Positions 1 to 10,200 of a DNA stretch of 64,000 nucleotides are shown piece after piece. Each line of letters opens with the position of its first letter. The stretch's first letter is position 1. This DNA comes from Candidatus Omnitrophota bacterium. GTDB lineage: Bacteria; Omnitrophota; Omnitrophia; Omnitrophales; Aquincolibacteriaceae. The notes beneath the pieces are model-generated. The model was not told where the DNA came from, did not search any database, and saw only the letters and a list, made by a program, of their open reading frames with translations. The position numbers were made by a program, and so were the translations under genes. The stretch spans positions 103,781 through 167,780 of the forward strand of contig JAUYMS010000027.1 in assembly GCA_030698625.1 (NCBI GenBank), written 5' to 3'.

Positions 1-184
1 GGGCGAAGCTTTCAAACGGCTTGATACGGCCGGCGTGTTGAACCGGGATCTCGCTCAACATCCCGATCGACTGACTCATCGGCGCTTTCCGCAGCGTGGG
101 CATGATAAGCGCCGCGAAACACCCTGCAATGAGGGCTACAGTCACGATCGATTTTAGTGCCGGGGCGGGGGATTTGATTTTCAT
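1..184 (-). CDS. ccsA: Cytochrome c biogenesis protein CcsA/ResC-type (system II), N-terminal fragment cut by the window edge
   Basis: Not in the ORF track. Translated by hand from ATG 184, which overlaps the upstream stop (ATGA): MKIKSPAPALKSIVTVALIAGCFAALIM...EIPVQHAGRIKPFESFA. PVQxxGRIKP is typical of long CcsA proteins, and it follows a ResB-like gene. Confidence 0.7.
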   Translation of the reverse strand, partial: MKIKSPAPALKSIVTVALIAGCFAALIMPTLRKAPMSQSIGMLSEIPVQHAGRIKPFESFA

Positions 185-1968
185 TTTTTCACCTTTATGA
201 AATAGCTCTTGAAATAAAACATAATGATAACGCCGGTAACCATGACGATCGTTCCCGCGTACTTTACCGGGATACTGGGATCTCTGCCCACCGAAAAAAT
301 AGACATTTCCGGCCCCCCTTCCGGTTGCAGATATCCCGACTGATAGATGCGAAAACCACGGTGAGCTAGCGGTTCGTTCATCGAAATATTCACATCGCGC
401 ACAATCCCGCGCGAGTCATCCTTAAGCACAACATCACTTTCGTAGCTTGCTGCTTGCTGCGTGCCCGGATCAAACTGCACCCTAAAATCCTTCAACTCAA
501 TTTTGAATCCGAGCGGAATTTTTTTCTGCCCGTAAACGAGATGATAATGGGAGCGGCCCGTATCCATAGCCTCTGAGTAGCCCTGGCCGAGCCAAACAGA
601 TTTCTTCTTACCCTCTTCGGTAATTTCCACTCGTATCGCCAGCATCGCAAGGTCACTTTCTGAGCGGTTCGATACCGGCGTAAAACTGCGGTTTACTTTC
701 GAATGCGGATAATAAGACTTCACCCGGAACTTAAGGTCCATCCATCCGGTTGAAACTTCTTCTCCGACCGTTACTTCACCGGTACGAACTTCGAAACCAT
801 CTTTTACCTGATAGAGCAAGCCTCGCTCGGCATCTTCCACAAAACGAAGCTCATGACTCTCGCCGCGCGAGCCGGTGTTAGGCGTACGGTAAAAAATCTT
901 TGCCCCTGCATCACTTTCGCTCTTGCCATGTATGGTTGAAAAGTCAGGGAAATTCGCAAACGCCGTATGCTCCTCCGCCAACTCGGGCCCGCGCAACAGG
1001 AACTGCACGGCAGGATTAACGCCGTGCGGGGAAGCGGCTTTGCCCACAGGATTCTCCTGCTCTTTGAGTTCGTTTTCGACAACGATGGCATTCCTGAAAA
1101 TCTGTCTGATTTCTACTTGATAAGGCGTCCCTTCAATCTGAAGAACGGCAGGCACCGCAGCCTCGGCATCGACCGGGGTCTGAATACTTTGGGTCTTGAA
1201 TTGAAACTCCAAGTAACCGGTCGCGGGAGCGGCTTCGAGATTTTCCGGGAGAAGTTCATCGGCAAAAACAAGCTGTGCCGGGCCCAGCGAGAGCCTGCTT
1301 CGACCGGGATCGTCTTCAACAAGCCACTGGGTTTGATTGACAAAAGAGTTTTCCAGGTTAATCTCAATCGCGGCTGGTCCTGCATCGGCCTCAACAAGCG
1401 ATTCATCAATGCGTCCTTTCGGAAAGTAATCCGTCAGAGTCGCCGAGAACGTCGCTTCACCCGGTTCCGTCAAGACTTCACGACCGCTCCATGGAAAGGC
1501 GCGCTTTCGAATCGGGAAAAACCAATCCTTCTGTAGGTCTTCGGAATAAACATAGAGCAGGGGCTCCTGCAGCGTGATGTAGGCCTCGGTCTCGCCTTCA
1601 TTAATCGGCATCTGCCCGTCGATCATGAGCTTTTGAGTCATAAGAGAGCCCAGCAAGATAATGATAATGCCGGCATGCGTAATCACAAAGCCGGTATGCC
1701 TGCCCTGCCAGGGGAGGCGATCAAGGGCCGCGGCAGCTACGTTGGTCCCCAAAAGGAGTAAAAAGGCGCTGAACCAGGGGGCTTCATAGATCAGGATTTG
1801 CGCGGTGGAAGCGCCATGCAGGGATTCCAGGATAGTCCCCGTCGCAAGAATGGTCATGAGCACGACGATATTGAAAATCGCCAGCGGTAAAGAAGCGAAA
1901 AACTTGAAGATACGGTAAAGGGAGCGCTGAACCGCTTCCGGCATTAGGGTAGAAAAAGCCGCTTTCAC
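181..1968 (-). CDS. Cytochrome c biogenesis protein ResB/Ccs1 family
   Basis: N-terminal TMs with GTILES...IYEAPWF and GFVITHAGIIIIL (conserved His), a large soluble domain, and C-terminal ISMNEPLAHRGFRIYQSGY...RDPSIPVKYAG plus TM. Confidence 0.8.
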   Translation of the reverse strand: MKAAFSTLMPEAVQRSLYRIFKFFASLPLAIFNIVVLMTILATGTILESLHGASTAQILIYEAPWFSAFLLLLGTNVAAAALDRLPWQGRHTGFVITHAGIIIILLGSLMTQKLMIDGQMPINEGETEAYITLQEPLLYVYSEDLQKDWFFPIRKRAFPWSGREVLTEPGEATFSATLTDYFPKGRIDESLVEADAGPAAIEINLENSFVNQTQWLVEDDPGRSRLSLGPAQLVFADELLPENLEAAPATGYLEFQFKTQSIQTPVDAEAAVPAVLQIEGTPYQVEIRQIFRNAIVVENELKEQENPVGKAASPHGVNPAVQFLLRGPELAEEHTAFANFPDFSTIHGKSESDAGAKIFYRTPNTGSRGESHELRFVEDAERGLLYQVKDGFEVRTGEVTVGEEVSTGWMDLKFRVKSYYPHSKVNRSFTPVSNRSESDLAMLAIRVEITEEGKKKSVWLGQGYSEAMDTGRSHYHLVYGQKKIPLGFKIELKDFRVQFDPGTQQAASYESDVVLKDDSRGIVRDVNISMNEPLAHRGFRIYQSGYLQPEGGPEMSIFSVGRDPSIPVKYAGTIVMVTGVIIMFYFKSYFIKVKK

Positions 1969-2039
1969 GTACGAGACTCCTAAGATAAGGGCTGATTTAA
2001 ACCGCGGGCTTGCGTAAGTGTCAGTATAGTATTTGGTTC

Positions 2040-2396
2040 CTAATTCTGGAAGAACAATTTAAGCGAGATTCCGACCAAAACCAGGGCCAAAAGGCGTCTC
2101 AAAAGCACGGCATCAAGCTTGAGGGAGAGACCGGAACTGAACCAGGCGCCCGCAATCGCAAATACGGCGACAATCGCTGCCGCTCGCCAGTCTACATTAC
2201 CTGCCCGCATATAACGGCTGAGCGCCATGAGGGTGGTGGGAACAATCACGGCCAGAGACGTGCCAATAGCCGTGTGGATACTGAAACCTCTCACGTAAAC
2301 AAAGAGCGGCACGAAGATCACCCCTCCGCCAATACCAAACATGCCGCTCGTGACCCCGCCCAGAAATCCGATAAGTGCTGTCAGCAGATAGGACAT
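2040..2396 (-). CDS. Half-size TauE/SafE (TSUP) sulfite exporter family membrane protein
   Basis: GVTSGMFGIGGGVIFVP and AIGTSL motifs. Start re-called at ATG 2396 (MSYLL) to avoid overlap with the RNase H gene. Confidence 0.8.
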   Translation of the reverse strand: MSYLLTALIGFLGGVTSGMFGIGGGVIFVPLFVYVRGFSIHTAIGTSLAVIVPTTLMALSRYMRAGNVDWRAAAIVAVFAIAGAWFSSGLSLKLDAVLLRRLLALVLVGISLKLFFQN

Positions 2397-2412
2397 TCTG
2401 TTCTCACTTTCT

Positions 2413-2829
2413 CTAGTAACCCGCTCGATTGAGTGCAATGTTAACCAGCTTGTCGACGTAGCGAAGTTTTTCGTGCTCTCGCGGGACATGCTGGATCTTC
2501 ACTTGTTTGTAATGCCCCATCAGCTTCTTGACCTGTTTGAAAAGGGTCAAAATATGCGGTGCCTTGACCCGGTATTTACCGGAAATCTGATTGGCGACGA
2601 GTTGACTATCGACAAAATAATCGATCGTCTCCGCACCAAATTCCTTTGCCAGCTCCAGGCCTACGATGACGGCTGTATACTCCGCCACATTATTCGTCGT
2701 TTCGCCGATGACCTCATGGTGGTCCTTCAGCATTTCATTTTTCTCGTCGCAGATGAGTACGCCTATGGCCGCAGGCCCGGGATTCCCGCGAGCGCCGCCA
2801 TCGGAATAGATATAGAGTTTTTTGGGCAT
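2413..2829 (-). CDS. rnhA: Ribonuclease HI family protein
   Basis: YSDGGARGNPGPAAIG, TNNVAEY, DSQLV, HVPRE motifs. Confidence 0.9.
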   Translation of the reverse strand: MPKKLYIYSDGGARGNPGPAAIGVLICDEKNEMLKDHHEVIGETTNNVAEYTAVIVGLELAKEFGAETIDYFVDSQLVANQISGKYRVKAPHILTLFKQVKKLMGHYKQVKIQHVPREHEKLRYVDKLVNIALNRAGY

Positions 2830-2835
2830 ATGCGG

Positions 2836-2864
2836 AGTTTAGGAACAATAGAAATAGGTGTCAA
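2836..2864 (-). promoter_or_regulatory. Sigma70-type promoter for the RNase HI gene (probably leaderless)
   Basis: On the minus strand: TTGACA-17 nt-TAAACT-6 nt-ATG, with no Shine-Dalgarno. Confidence 0.65.
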
Positions 2865-2891
2865 CGCAAAAGGAATGAGGAAAGAGGTGAG

Positions 2892-2951
2892 GGAACTGGG
2901 CCCTGAAACCGGAAAGGCAGTCTTACGATTCCGATCGCGGGACCCAGTTCC
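2892..2951. terminator. Long imperfect hairpin downstream of a small membrane-protein gene (terminator or structured RNA)
   Basis: GGAACTGGG (2892-2900) pairs with CCCAGTTCC (2943-2951), with an inner CGGAA/TTCCG pair. A pyrimidine-rich tract follows on the minus strand. Confidence 0.4.
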
Positions 2952-2957
2952 GGGTGG

Positions 2958-3101
2958 TTACTTTGCTTTCACGAACCGCATTAGGTACAACAACCCCAGC
3001 ACGAGAAAAATAGGCGTATACGCTGAGAGCGCTGTCCCATAGTGCAATCCGACGACTACACCAATACACAATCCGCCGACCAAATGGTTATCTAGCTTCA
3101 T
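2958..3101 (-). CDS. Small (47 aa) hydrophobic membrane protein, paralog A
   Basis: MKLDNHLVGGLCIGVVVGLHYGTALSAYTPIFLVLGLLYLMRFVKAK, with a strong SD (AAGGAGGTG) before ATG 3101. Confidence 0.7.
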   Translation of the reverse strand: MKLDNHLVGGLCIGVVVGLHYGTALSAYTPIFLVLGLLYLMRFVKAK

Positions 3102-3192
3102 TGCTCTCACCTCCTTTACTGCTCGATTCAGACATCTCGAAAACCCGAGCAAGATTTAAATCTTTCCACCCAAGCAAAAACGTTCTACGCGC

Positions 3193-3333
3193 TTAGGCAC
3201 GGATGTGCTTAAGGGCCATGATTACCGCGCATAGCACAATCAAAGTCGTGTATGCTACAAACGAAGCGGTAAACTTGAGTCCTAAAGCCAATCCGATAAG
3301 AATCCCTGTTATTAGTTTCTCATCGAATTTCAT
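3193..3333 (-). CDS. Small (46 aa) hydrophobic membrane protein, paralog B (absent from the ORF track)
   Basis: Hand translation MKFDEKLITGILIGLALGLKFTASFVAYTTLIVLCAVIMALKHIRA. SD AAGGAGGTG. Aligns without gaps to the 2958..3101 product. Confidence 0.7.
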   Translation of the reverse strand: MKFDEKLITGILIGLALGLKFTASFVAYTTLIVLCAVIMALKHIRA

Positions 3334-3452
3334 CTTCGCACCTCCTTCAGCCCCGATGTTTTTCAGGGCAGTCAGTTCATCAAATCTGTTAGTAAGCTAC
3401 TCGGTCGAAAGAACATCCTGTTGCAAAACATAGCAACTTTCTTACCAGCAAA

Positions 3453-3481
3453 ACCCTAGCACAGTAAAATAGGGGCGTCAA
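3453..3481 (-). promoter_or_regulatory. Putative sigma70 promoter for the small-protein pair
   Basis: Minus strand TTGACG-17 nt-TAGGGT, with TG at the extended -10 position. Confidence 0.45.
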
Positions 3482-3536
3482 TACGTTATCGGACGTTGAT
3501 GATCGTAAGTTGCTGCTGCAGAATGGTTTAAGAAAC

Positions 3537-4211
3537 TCAGCTTTTTTTTGGTTCTTGCTGATTTCGGACGTGCTCTTCGAGGCTATCTATTTCCTTCTGT
3601 AGAAAGCGGATGCGGTTCTTCAAGGCCTTCACAGGGTCGGGCAAATCGCCGTGATCGAGGTTTACCTTGGACACTCGACTGCCCTCTTTACGGACAATTA
3701 CGGCCGGTACCCCTACCACGGTGCAGTTATCAGGGACAGAATGAACCACTACGGAGCCTGCCCCAATCTTCACATTGTTTCCAATTTTAATGTTACCAAG
3801 GACTTTTGCACCCGCGCCGACAACCACGTTAGAACCGAGGGTCGGATGCCTCTTACCGCGCGCCGTACCCGTGCCGCCGAGTGTAACACCTTGATACAAC
3901 GTGATGTTTTCACCGGCCTCCGTCGTTTCACCGATGACCACCCCCATACCATGATCAATGAAGAAACCCGGCCCTATGCTGGCCCCGGGATGAATCTCAA
4001 CCCCGGTAAAGAACCGTACCAGCTGGGACATTAGCCGTGGGATAAAGGGGATCCTCAGGCGGTGGAGGAAGTGGTTGATCCGATACCAGAAGACGGCATG
4101 GAACCCGGAATACAGGAGAATGACCTCAAGCACGCCCAGCGGGGTTTGAGCAGCCGGATCGCGTTCAAAGTAAGCCTTAAAGTCTCTATATATGGTATAG
4201 AAGGGATTCAT
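3537..4211 (-). CDS. cysE: Serine O-acetyltransferase
   Basis: [48 protein letters not shown]. Start re-called at ATG 4211 (MNPFY). Confidence 0.95.
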   Translation of the reverse strand: MNPFYTIYRDFKAYFERDPAAQTPLGVLEVILLYSGFHAVFWYRINHFLHRLRIPFIPRLMSQLVRFFTGVEIHPGASIGPGFFIDHGMGVVIGETTEAGENITLYQGVTLGGTGTARGKRHPTLGSNVVVGAGAKVLGNIKIGNNVKIGAGSVVVHSVPDNCTVVGVPAVIVRKEGSRVSKVNLDHGDLPDPVKALKNRIRFLQKEIDSLEEHVRNQQEPKKS

Positions 4212-4217
4212 GGATTC

Positions 4218-4246
4218 ATTATTTCCTTTAATGGGTGCTTTGTCAA
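4218..4246 (-). promoter_or_regulatory. Putative sigma70 promoter of cysE
   Basis: Minus strand TTGACA-17 nt-AATAAT-6 nt-ATG, just downstream of the giant gene's stop codon. Confidence 0.45.
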
Positions 4247-4260
4247 TGGAAGGGGCTCTT

Positions 4261-7200
4261 TTACGCCATCGTCGAGATGAGTTTGGAGAGTTCGAATTCG
4301 TAGGCAATTTCCAGGGCCAAGTGGGTAATTTCCAGCGACTGCCTCGTAACCCGGACCGTTCCCTGCATTTGCGCCACCAGTTCCTCAAGGAGTTCAGCTT
4401 TAAGACGCTCATGCCTGTCTTTCAGGGCGAGCAGTGAGGTCATAAAAAGCGCGATAGGCATGCCCGACTCCACGCTCACCTGCGAGAGTAACAAGCGATT
4501 GCTATATTGACCCGATAGCTGCTCCTCAGCAACACCCAAAACCATGGCTAGCCCATGATCCCGCAAATAACTTTCCAGTAAAAACTGAGCTGGCTCAGAA
4601 TCGGCTTCAATGATCTTGGCCACACCGGAGGCCTCCAGCGCCTTGGCAAAGGCTACCCAACGTTTGCGCTCATCGGCGGTAAGCAGAACGCGAATATCGC
4701 CAGTCACTTGTAAGGGATGCGCCGCTCTAAGATCGCGAACCATCTCGACATATTGGCGCAATTCACTACGCGCCTTGACGGAATCCGGCATGCGTACGGC
4801 AAACGCGAAATTGAGTTTGTTCTGCGCGTCAGCTGCAAGATGCGACCTCAGCGCTTCTACGATACGTGATATACCAGCATCAATGAAGCTTCGATGTTCT
4901 CCGTCATAATCAGCATGATCCTGGCGAATCTGCCTTTCGGCGCGAAGCAGGGAAACGATTCCGCCGTCGGAACGGGCAAGCAACCAGAGATTCACGTATC
5001 GCGGCTCGCCCATCGCGGCATAAGCAGCCTTCTCAAAACTGTCTAAGCCGCCTGCAACCAAACCCGCGAGACGTCCTGCCAGATCCACTGGCAAGTCGGC
5101 ACGAGCCGCCAGAGCACCCAATACATCATGAGCCACCTCTCGCAGTTCGGAGCGATGGCGGTTGTCGCGCCCACCGCGACGCCGGCCGCGACCGAGGCGT
5201 TCTTCAATCTGTTTTTCTATTTCGCGGTCTTCGGTTATAAATTTTGCGAACTTTCCTACTGTATAACGAACCCACTCGAGGATCTCAGGGTTCCTTCGCG
5301 CTGAGCCAAAGGTCTCACGGTCCCAAATCCAAATCTCATAATCCTTCGGACGGCCCGTTTTGACATTGCGGCGTTTCCAGCCGTCGATCTTGCGCGCGAG
5401 GAAGCCCAACACCCCTGTTTTCTTCTCGTCGACCACCCATCTCTTCTCCTGACGTTTCCATACATTGGAACGGACCCAAGAATGAATCACCGCCTTATAT
5501 TCGTGACCGATGGAAGAATCGACGGTGGTAACGGTAAAGACGCCTTCGTCAAGCGCTTCGGTGGTTACGAATCTTTCACCGAGCTTCAGGTAGCGGCGCA
5601 AGTCCTGTGCCGCACGCACGTTGCGCCACTTGCGCAAGGACTGAATCTGTTCACCGACCCGGTCGCGCCACACATATTGGTAAAGCGCCTCTGAGCGCAG
5701 CGCGGTCTCGATCTGAGCAATCATGTCATCGTCGAGCTTCGCCTCTCCGTCGATGACCTGCTGTGTCCACTCATGGATCTTAGCCAATTCGTAAAGCGTT
5801 TCGGTGACGATCGCAATCTGGCGGCGGTACGGCGTCACCACTGCGATGTCTTTGGCCTCAAGCTTTTCGTAAAGGAATCGCCACTCGCCTTTATCGCCTT
5901 TCACATAGCGTTTCACTTTTCCGTTCATCAGCTCGTTGACCCAGTGGACCACACGGTTGGCCTCGACAAAATTACCGCCGGTAAACTCCCTACGATCACC
6001 GCGCGGAGCCGCTTTCGTCTCTTCCGGAGCACGGCCGTTGGTGTTATCTTCGATCACCACCCCCGGATCGTCACGTCCCGGAACGAGCTTGCCGTTATAG
6101 AAGTAGTTATTCACATCCACGATCCTATAGCCGGATCTGCGCTGAATATCGAAGAAGTGGAAGCTCGGTCTCGTAAGCTTGAAGATCTCGTCTTGAGGAT
6201 CACCCTCAAAATAGATCTCCAGTGCCCGCTCCAGGAGCGAGATGCGGAAATTGTCGACACGCTTTTGCGCGAAGACTCCTTCGCGGACATTCCGCCGCAA
6301 CGTAACCCGGCCGAAGTCGGCCTTGATCTCTTTAAAATCGGGCCCCAGTTCGCGCAGCGCCTTGTCGATATCGCCCTCGTTGTCGCCATCACTGATCCCA
6401 TAAGCCGGAAGCTGATTGTGGTCACCCACGAGCACCACCATTTCCAGATTGGGCAGATTATCCATCAATTGCAGGGCCTCGGCGAGTGTGGCGCGACTCC
6501 CTTCGTCGATAATCAGGATGCGCACCTCGTCGAGCAAAATCGGGTGGCTCAAAAGATCATGATCCTGTAGAGCGCCGTTAACTGTTCCGACTAGGACAAA
6601 CCCCTTGCCGCCCTTCTTGTCGGGAGGCGTCGCCGCCGCGGTCCGCTGGCGGTCCTTACTCGCCTGCACCGTGGCGCTCAGCTCTTTGAGCTTTTCGGCC
6701 TTCTTTTCCCAGTTGGCGCGAATTTCCGGATTCTCGATCGCCTGGTCACTGTTACCGATGCGCACGAAGGCAACCTCTTTGGGCAAACGTTCGATGGCAT
6801 TGTCCAAAGCTTGATTCTGCTGCGCTGCCACCAGCACATTTTGATTGCTATCGTAGAGCATCTTTACAAGCAGTGAGATGACATGGGTCTTTCCCGTTCC
6901 GCCCGGTCCTTGCACATAAACCACGGGGATTTCAGTATTGAGGAGTTCCACCACGGCCTCGCGCTGCGGCGGATCCAGCTCGTGATCCATCTCTTTTTCA
7001 AGAAGTTCGAGCCAGGCGCGGTTACGATCATTCTGCCGTCTCTTTTCTTCTGCGCCGGCAGCGCTCGGGATGTCGACACGAATTCCCAGGGCCCGGTCCA
7101 CGACCGTCTTTCCAGTCGTCGCAAGCGGGCCCGCATTTCCATCAATCTCAATGACGGACCGGGATGATTCAATAAGTTTCCGAATCATCCCGCGCAGCGT

Positions 7201-10200
7201 TTTGGCCTGCCGCTCCCAACCGTCATTGCGCATACGCGTCATAATGCCGGCACGGCCCATCCGCTCAAGCTTATTGACAAGCTCGTCGCGGCCCTCATGC
7301 GTCTTCGGAAGCTCAAAGACAACTTTTTTCGGCTCTACCGTCTTGACCCGGAACATGAGCGGCAGTTCTTCATCGTCGGTCGGATGACGGAAAGTGAAAC
7401 TATCGCCCGGGAGAATCACTTCTTTTAAATTAGCGGCCACAAGCTGATCCACCAGAAAACCGGTTACCGTAAACGTTGTGCGGTCTACGGTGAGGCGGTC
7501 AAACGGGAATTCGAATTCTACAGGGAGGTCTTTCGCACGGCGGCGCCGATGCTCATTGTCGTCGCGAAGCCTCTGAGCTTCGGCCATCGTTCTCACAATA
7601 AAATAGTCATCGATCATTTTCGGCAGCCACAAGCTTGCTACGGCCTGCGAAATAATCTCCTGCGCTTTCTTGAGGACGGCCTGCGACGGCCCGTTGTGGA
7701 CCGACAGTTCAATGACAAGCCGAGCCATCTGAATCGCTTCCTCGACAAGCACCTCATGCTGGCGCTCCTGCCGTTCATCGGCAGAACCAAGGTCGACAAG
7801 AATCCTCTGCTGACTCTGATTCAGCTGGAAAGCGTTTTCATCAGGTAAATTCGAAACAGCCTCGACGGCCCCATCAAAGGCTGCCTTGGCCTTCGTGAGC
7901 AGGAGGTTGAAGGTCCCTTCGCTTTCTTCCGGATAGGAGACCAGATGCACCGCAGCGCGGTAGGTTTCGCGAAGGTCGCCGTTGACTTCGATGACGGCAC
8001 GCAGTCTTCGGGCATTGCGTTCATGCTCGGCAATTTCGTCTGCCAGGTCTTTGATTTCGTCCTGAGCACGGGCCACACTTACGGCCCACGCATCTTCGAG
8101 GTCGCCGATTGCTTTGTCATACAGCCTGCGCGCGGCACGGAAGCGCTTAGTGCTGAGATTCCCTTTCACCTGACTCATGAGGTGTTGATAGGTCTTAATG
8201 CTGGTAATAGCGGCGCTCACTTTCTTGTCTTCACCGAATTTCAGATTTTTCTCCAGAACCTCAATCGAGCCTGTAATGGATTCGCGTTTGCCGGACGCGA
8301 TACGAATCGCGGTTCCCCGGATGAGATTGCTATAGAACTTATATCTCTGGGCATTAGGATCCCCGGGATTTAGTTCTTCGAGCTCTTTGGCCAGCTGGGC
8401 GATAGTCTCGTACTCATTCGGTGAGAGGGAGTCCCCGTATCCCTTGCGGATGCGTTGGAAGAGGTCTGCGGCTTGCGCGATTTTTGCTTTGAGCGCATTC
8501 AGCCGACCGCGTACTTCATCAAATTCTTTCGCCTTCGCTCCCTCGATACCGGCCCTCACGGAATTTTCGGCCCCTTTATAATCACCGGCGACGAGCAAGC
8601 GTTTTGCATCCTCGAGAAAATCCACCGGCCGCACCTTGCTCTGCAATGTCGGCAAAATTTCTTTCTGGATGCGCCGGCTAGCCTGGCCGCTTAAGCCCCG
8701 TTCAATCCTCTGCGCCAAGTTATAAACGGTGGCTGCGTGTTCCCGGTCGATGTTGTCTGCCAGCCACTTAAGCAAGATGTAGCTGGCATCGCCCTTCCAC
8801 TCTCCTTCGTTCTTCAGAAAATCTTCGAAATAGGCCGTAAGCCGTTGGCGGGTTAGCTCCGGGGCCATGAGTTCCAAGCGATATAGGATTTCTTTCAACT
8901 GTGCGCCGGTAAGCCTCTCGAACCCGGGGCCGGTCAAAAGATCCAAGTGACTTTCGATCAGGAGATTCTGAAAATCTTCGGGAATCGTCAGAAAGACTCG
9001 GGCAATATTTTTATTCGTAAGAAAGTTATTTGCCTTCGCCTGCTTCTTTTTCCCTTTCGTTTCCTGCGGCAGTGTCTTTTTCAGTTCCGCGCGGCCTTCA
9101 TCGAAGCTGCCTTGTGACCAATACACTATCGTAAAGGCCGCCTCGACAGAAAAATTGGAATCGATCTCGAGCTCGGAAAAGCGTTCGCGCGCGCGTGTTA
9201 AGGTCTTGAGCGCCTCTGCCGGGTTACCGGCGCTTAAGGCTGCGACGGCGCGGTGGAATTCGGCATTCGCATGCATCGCCGCCTTCCGCTTCTCATCCCC
9301 TTCATGTCCGGCGGCTGTCTGATAGATACCGAGCAACTCCTGCGCTTTCGCTCGGGCACGCTCCGGCAGATCCCCCTCGCCTTCGGCAAAGCTCGCTAAA
9401 ATTTCCATAAGCCCGGCGCCCCGCAGGACAACCATATCGCTTACTCCTTCGTAATCAAAATCAAGCATCTCGGTCGTTGCCTTTAGAAACGTCTCATCAT
9501 CCCTGACGGCCCAGGCAATTGTGGCTATGGACAACAGAAAGAATTTATTGCTCTGATAAAATTCGTCGCCCATGGCAAGCCTCAAGAACTTCGAGATTGT
9601 CCCTCTTAAGCCTGCCAGCTCCGAATCCCCCAGGTGAAGCGTATGCAGCCAGCTCCCGCTATTGAAGGCCTCAAACATCATTTCGTAGAGCTCGGCATTA
9701 GCCGCATGCCCTTCTTCGCGATGGCGCTCGAGGTACGCGAGGCCCCGGCCGAAGCGCTGGCCCCACAACTGAATCTCACTTTTCGCGTCCTCAATCTTTC
9801 CGTCACGCAGTTTTCCGTACACAGTCCGGTTCAAATGCTGCAAGGATGATGCCGCCAATACGTCCCCTTGATCCTGACCCATCCGGGGCATATGCGTCGC
9901 CACCGCTCTGAGGATCTTCTTATTGACCTCCAACTCGATGTCTTCTTCGTCGGCAATTGCCGCGAGTTCGGCCAAATTTTGGTAGAAGAAGAATATCAAC
10001 AGGCTCTCTTCGTGTTCGGAGAGCAACTGACGATACTGTTTGATGCCGCCTCTGAGGAAGCTCGTGAGGTTCCTCCGGAATGTTTGATAACGCTCACCCC
10101 CTTCGCCTTTTAGATATCTGCTCTCGTTGATAAGGAGTTTCAAGAAACGCGTATAAAAGGCAATGTCTAGAATGGCATTGATGCCTGTCCGTTGGCTAAA

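Noticed and set aside
4212-4412. ORF-track N-terminal extension of cysE
   Set aside because: It overlaps the giant gene's end. CysE similarity starts at MNPFY, and a promoter-like element sits just upstream of that ATG.
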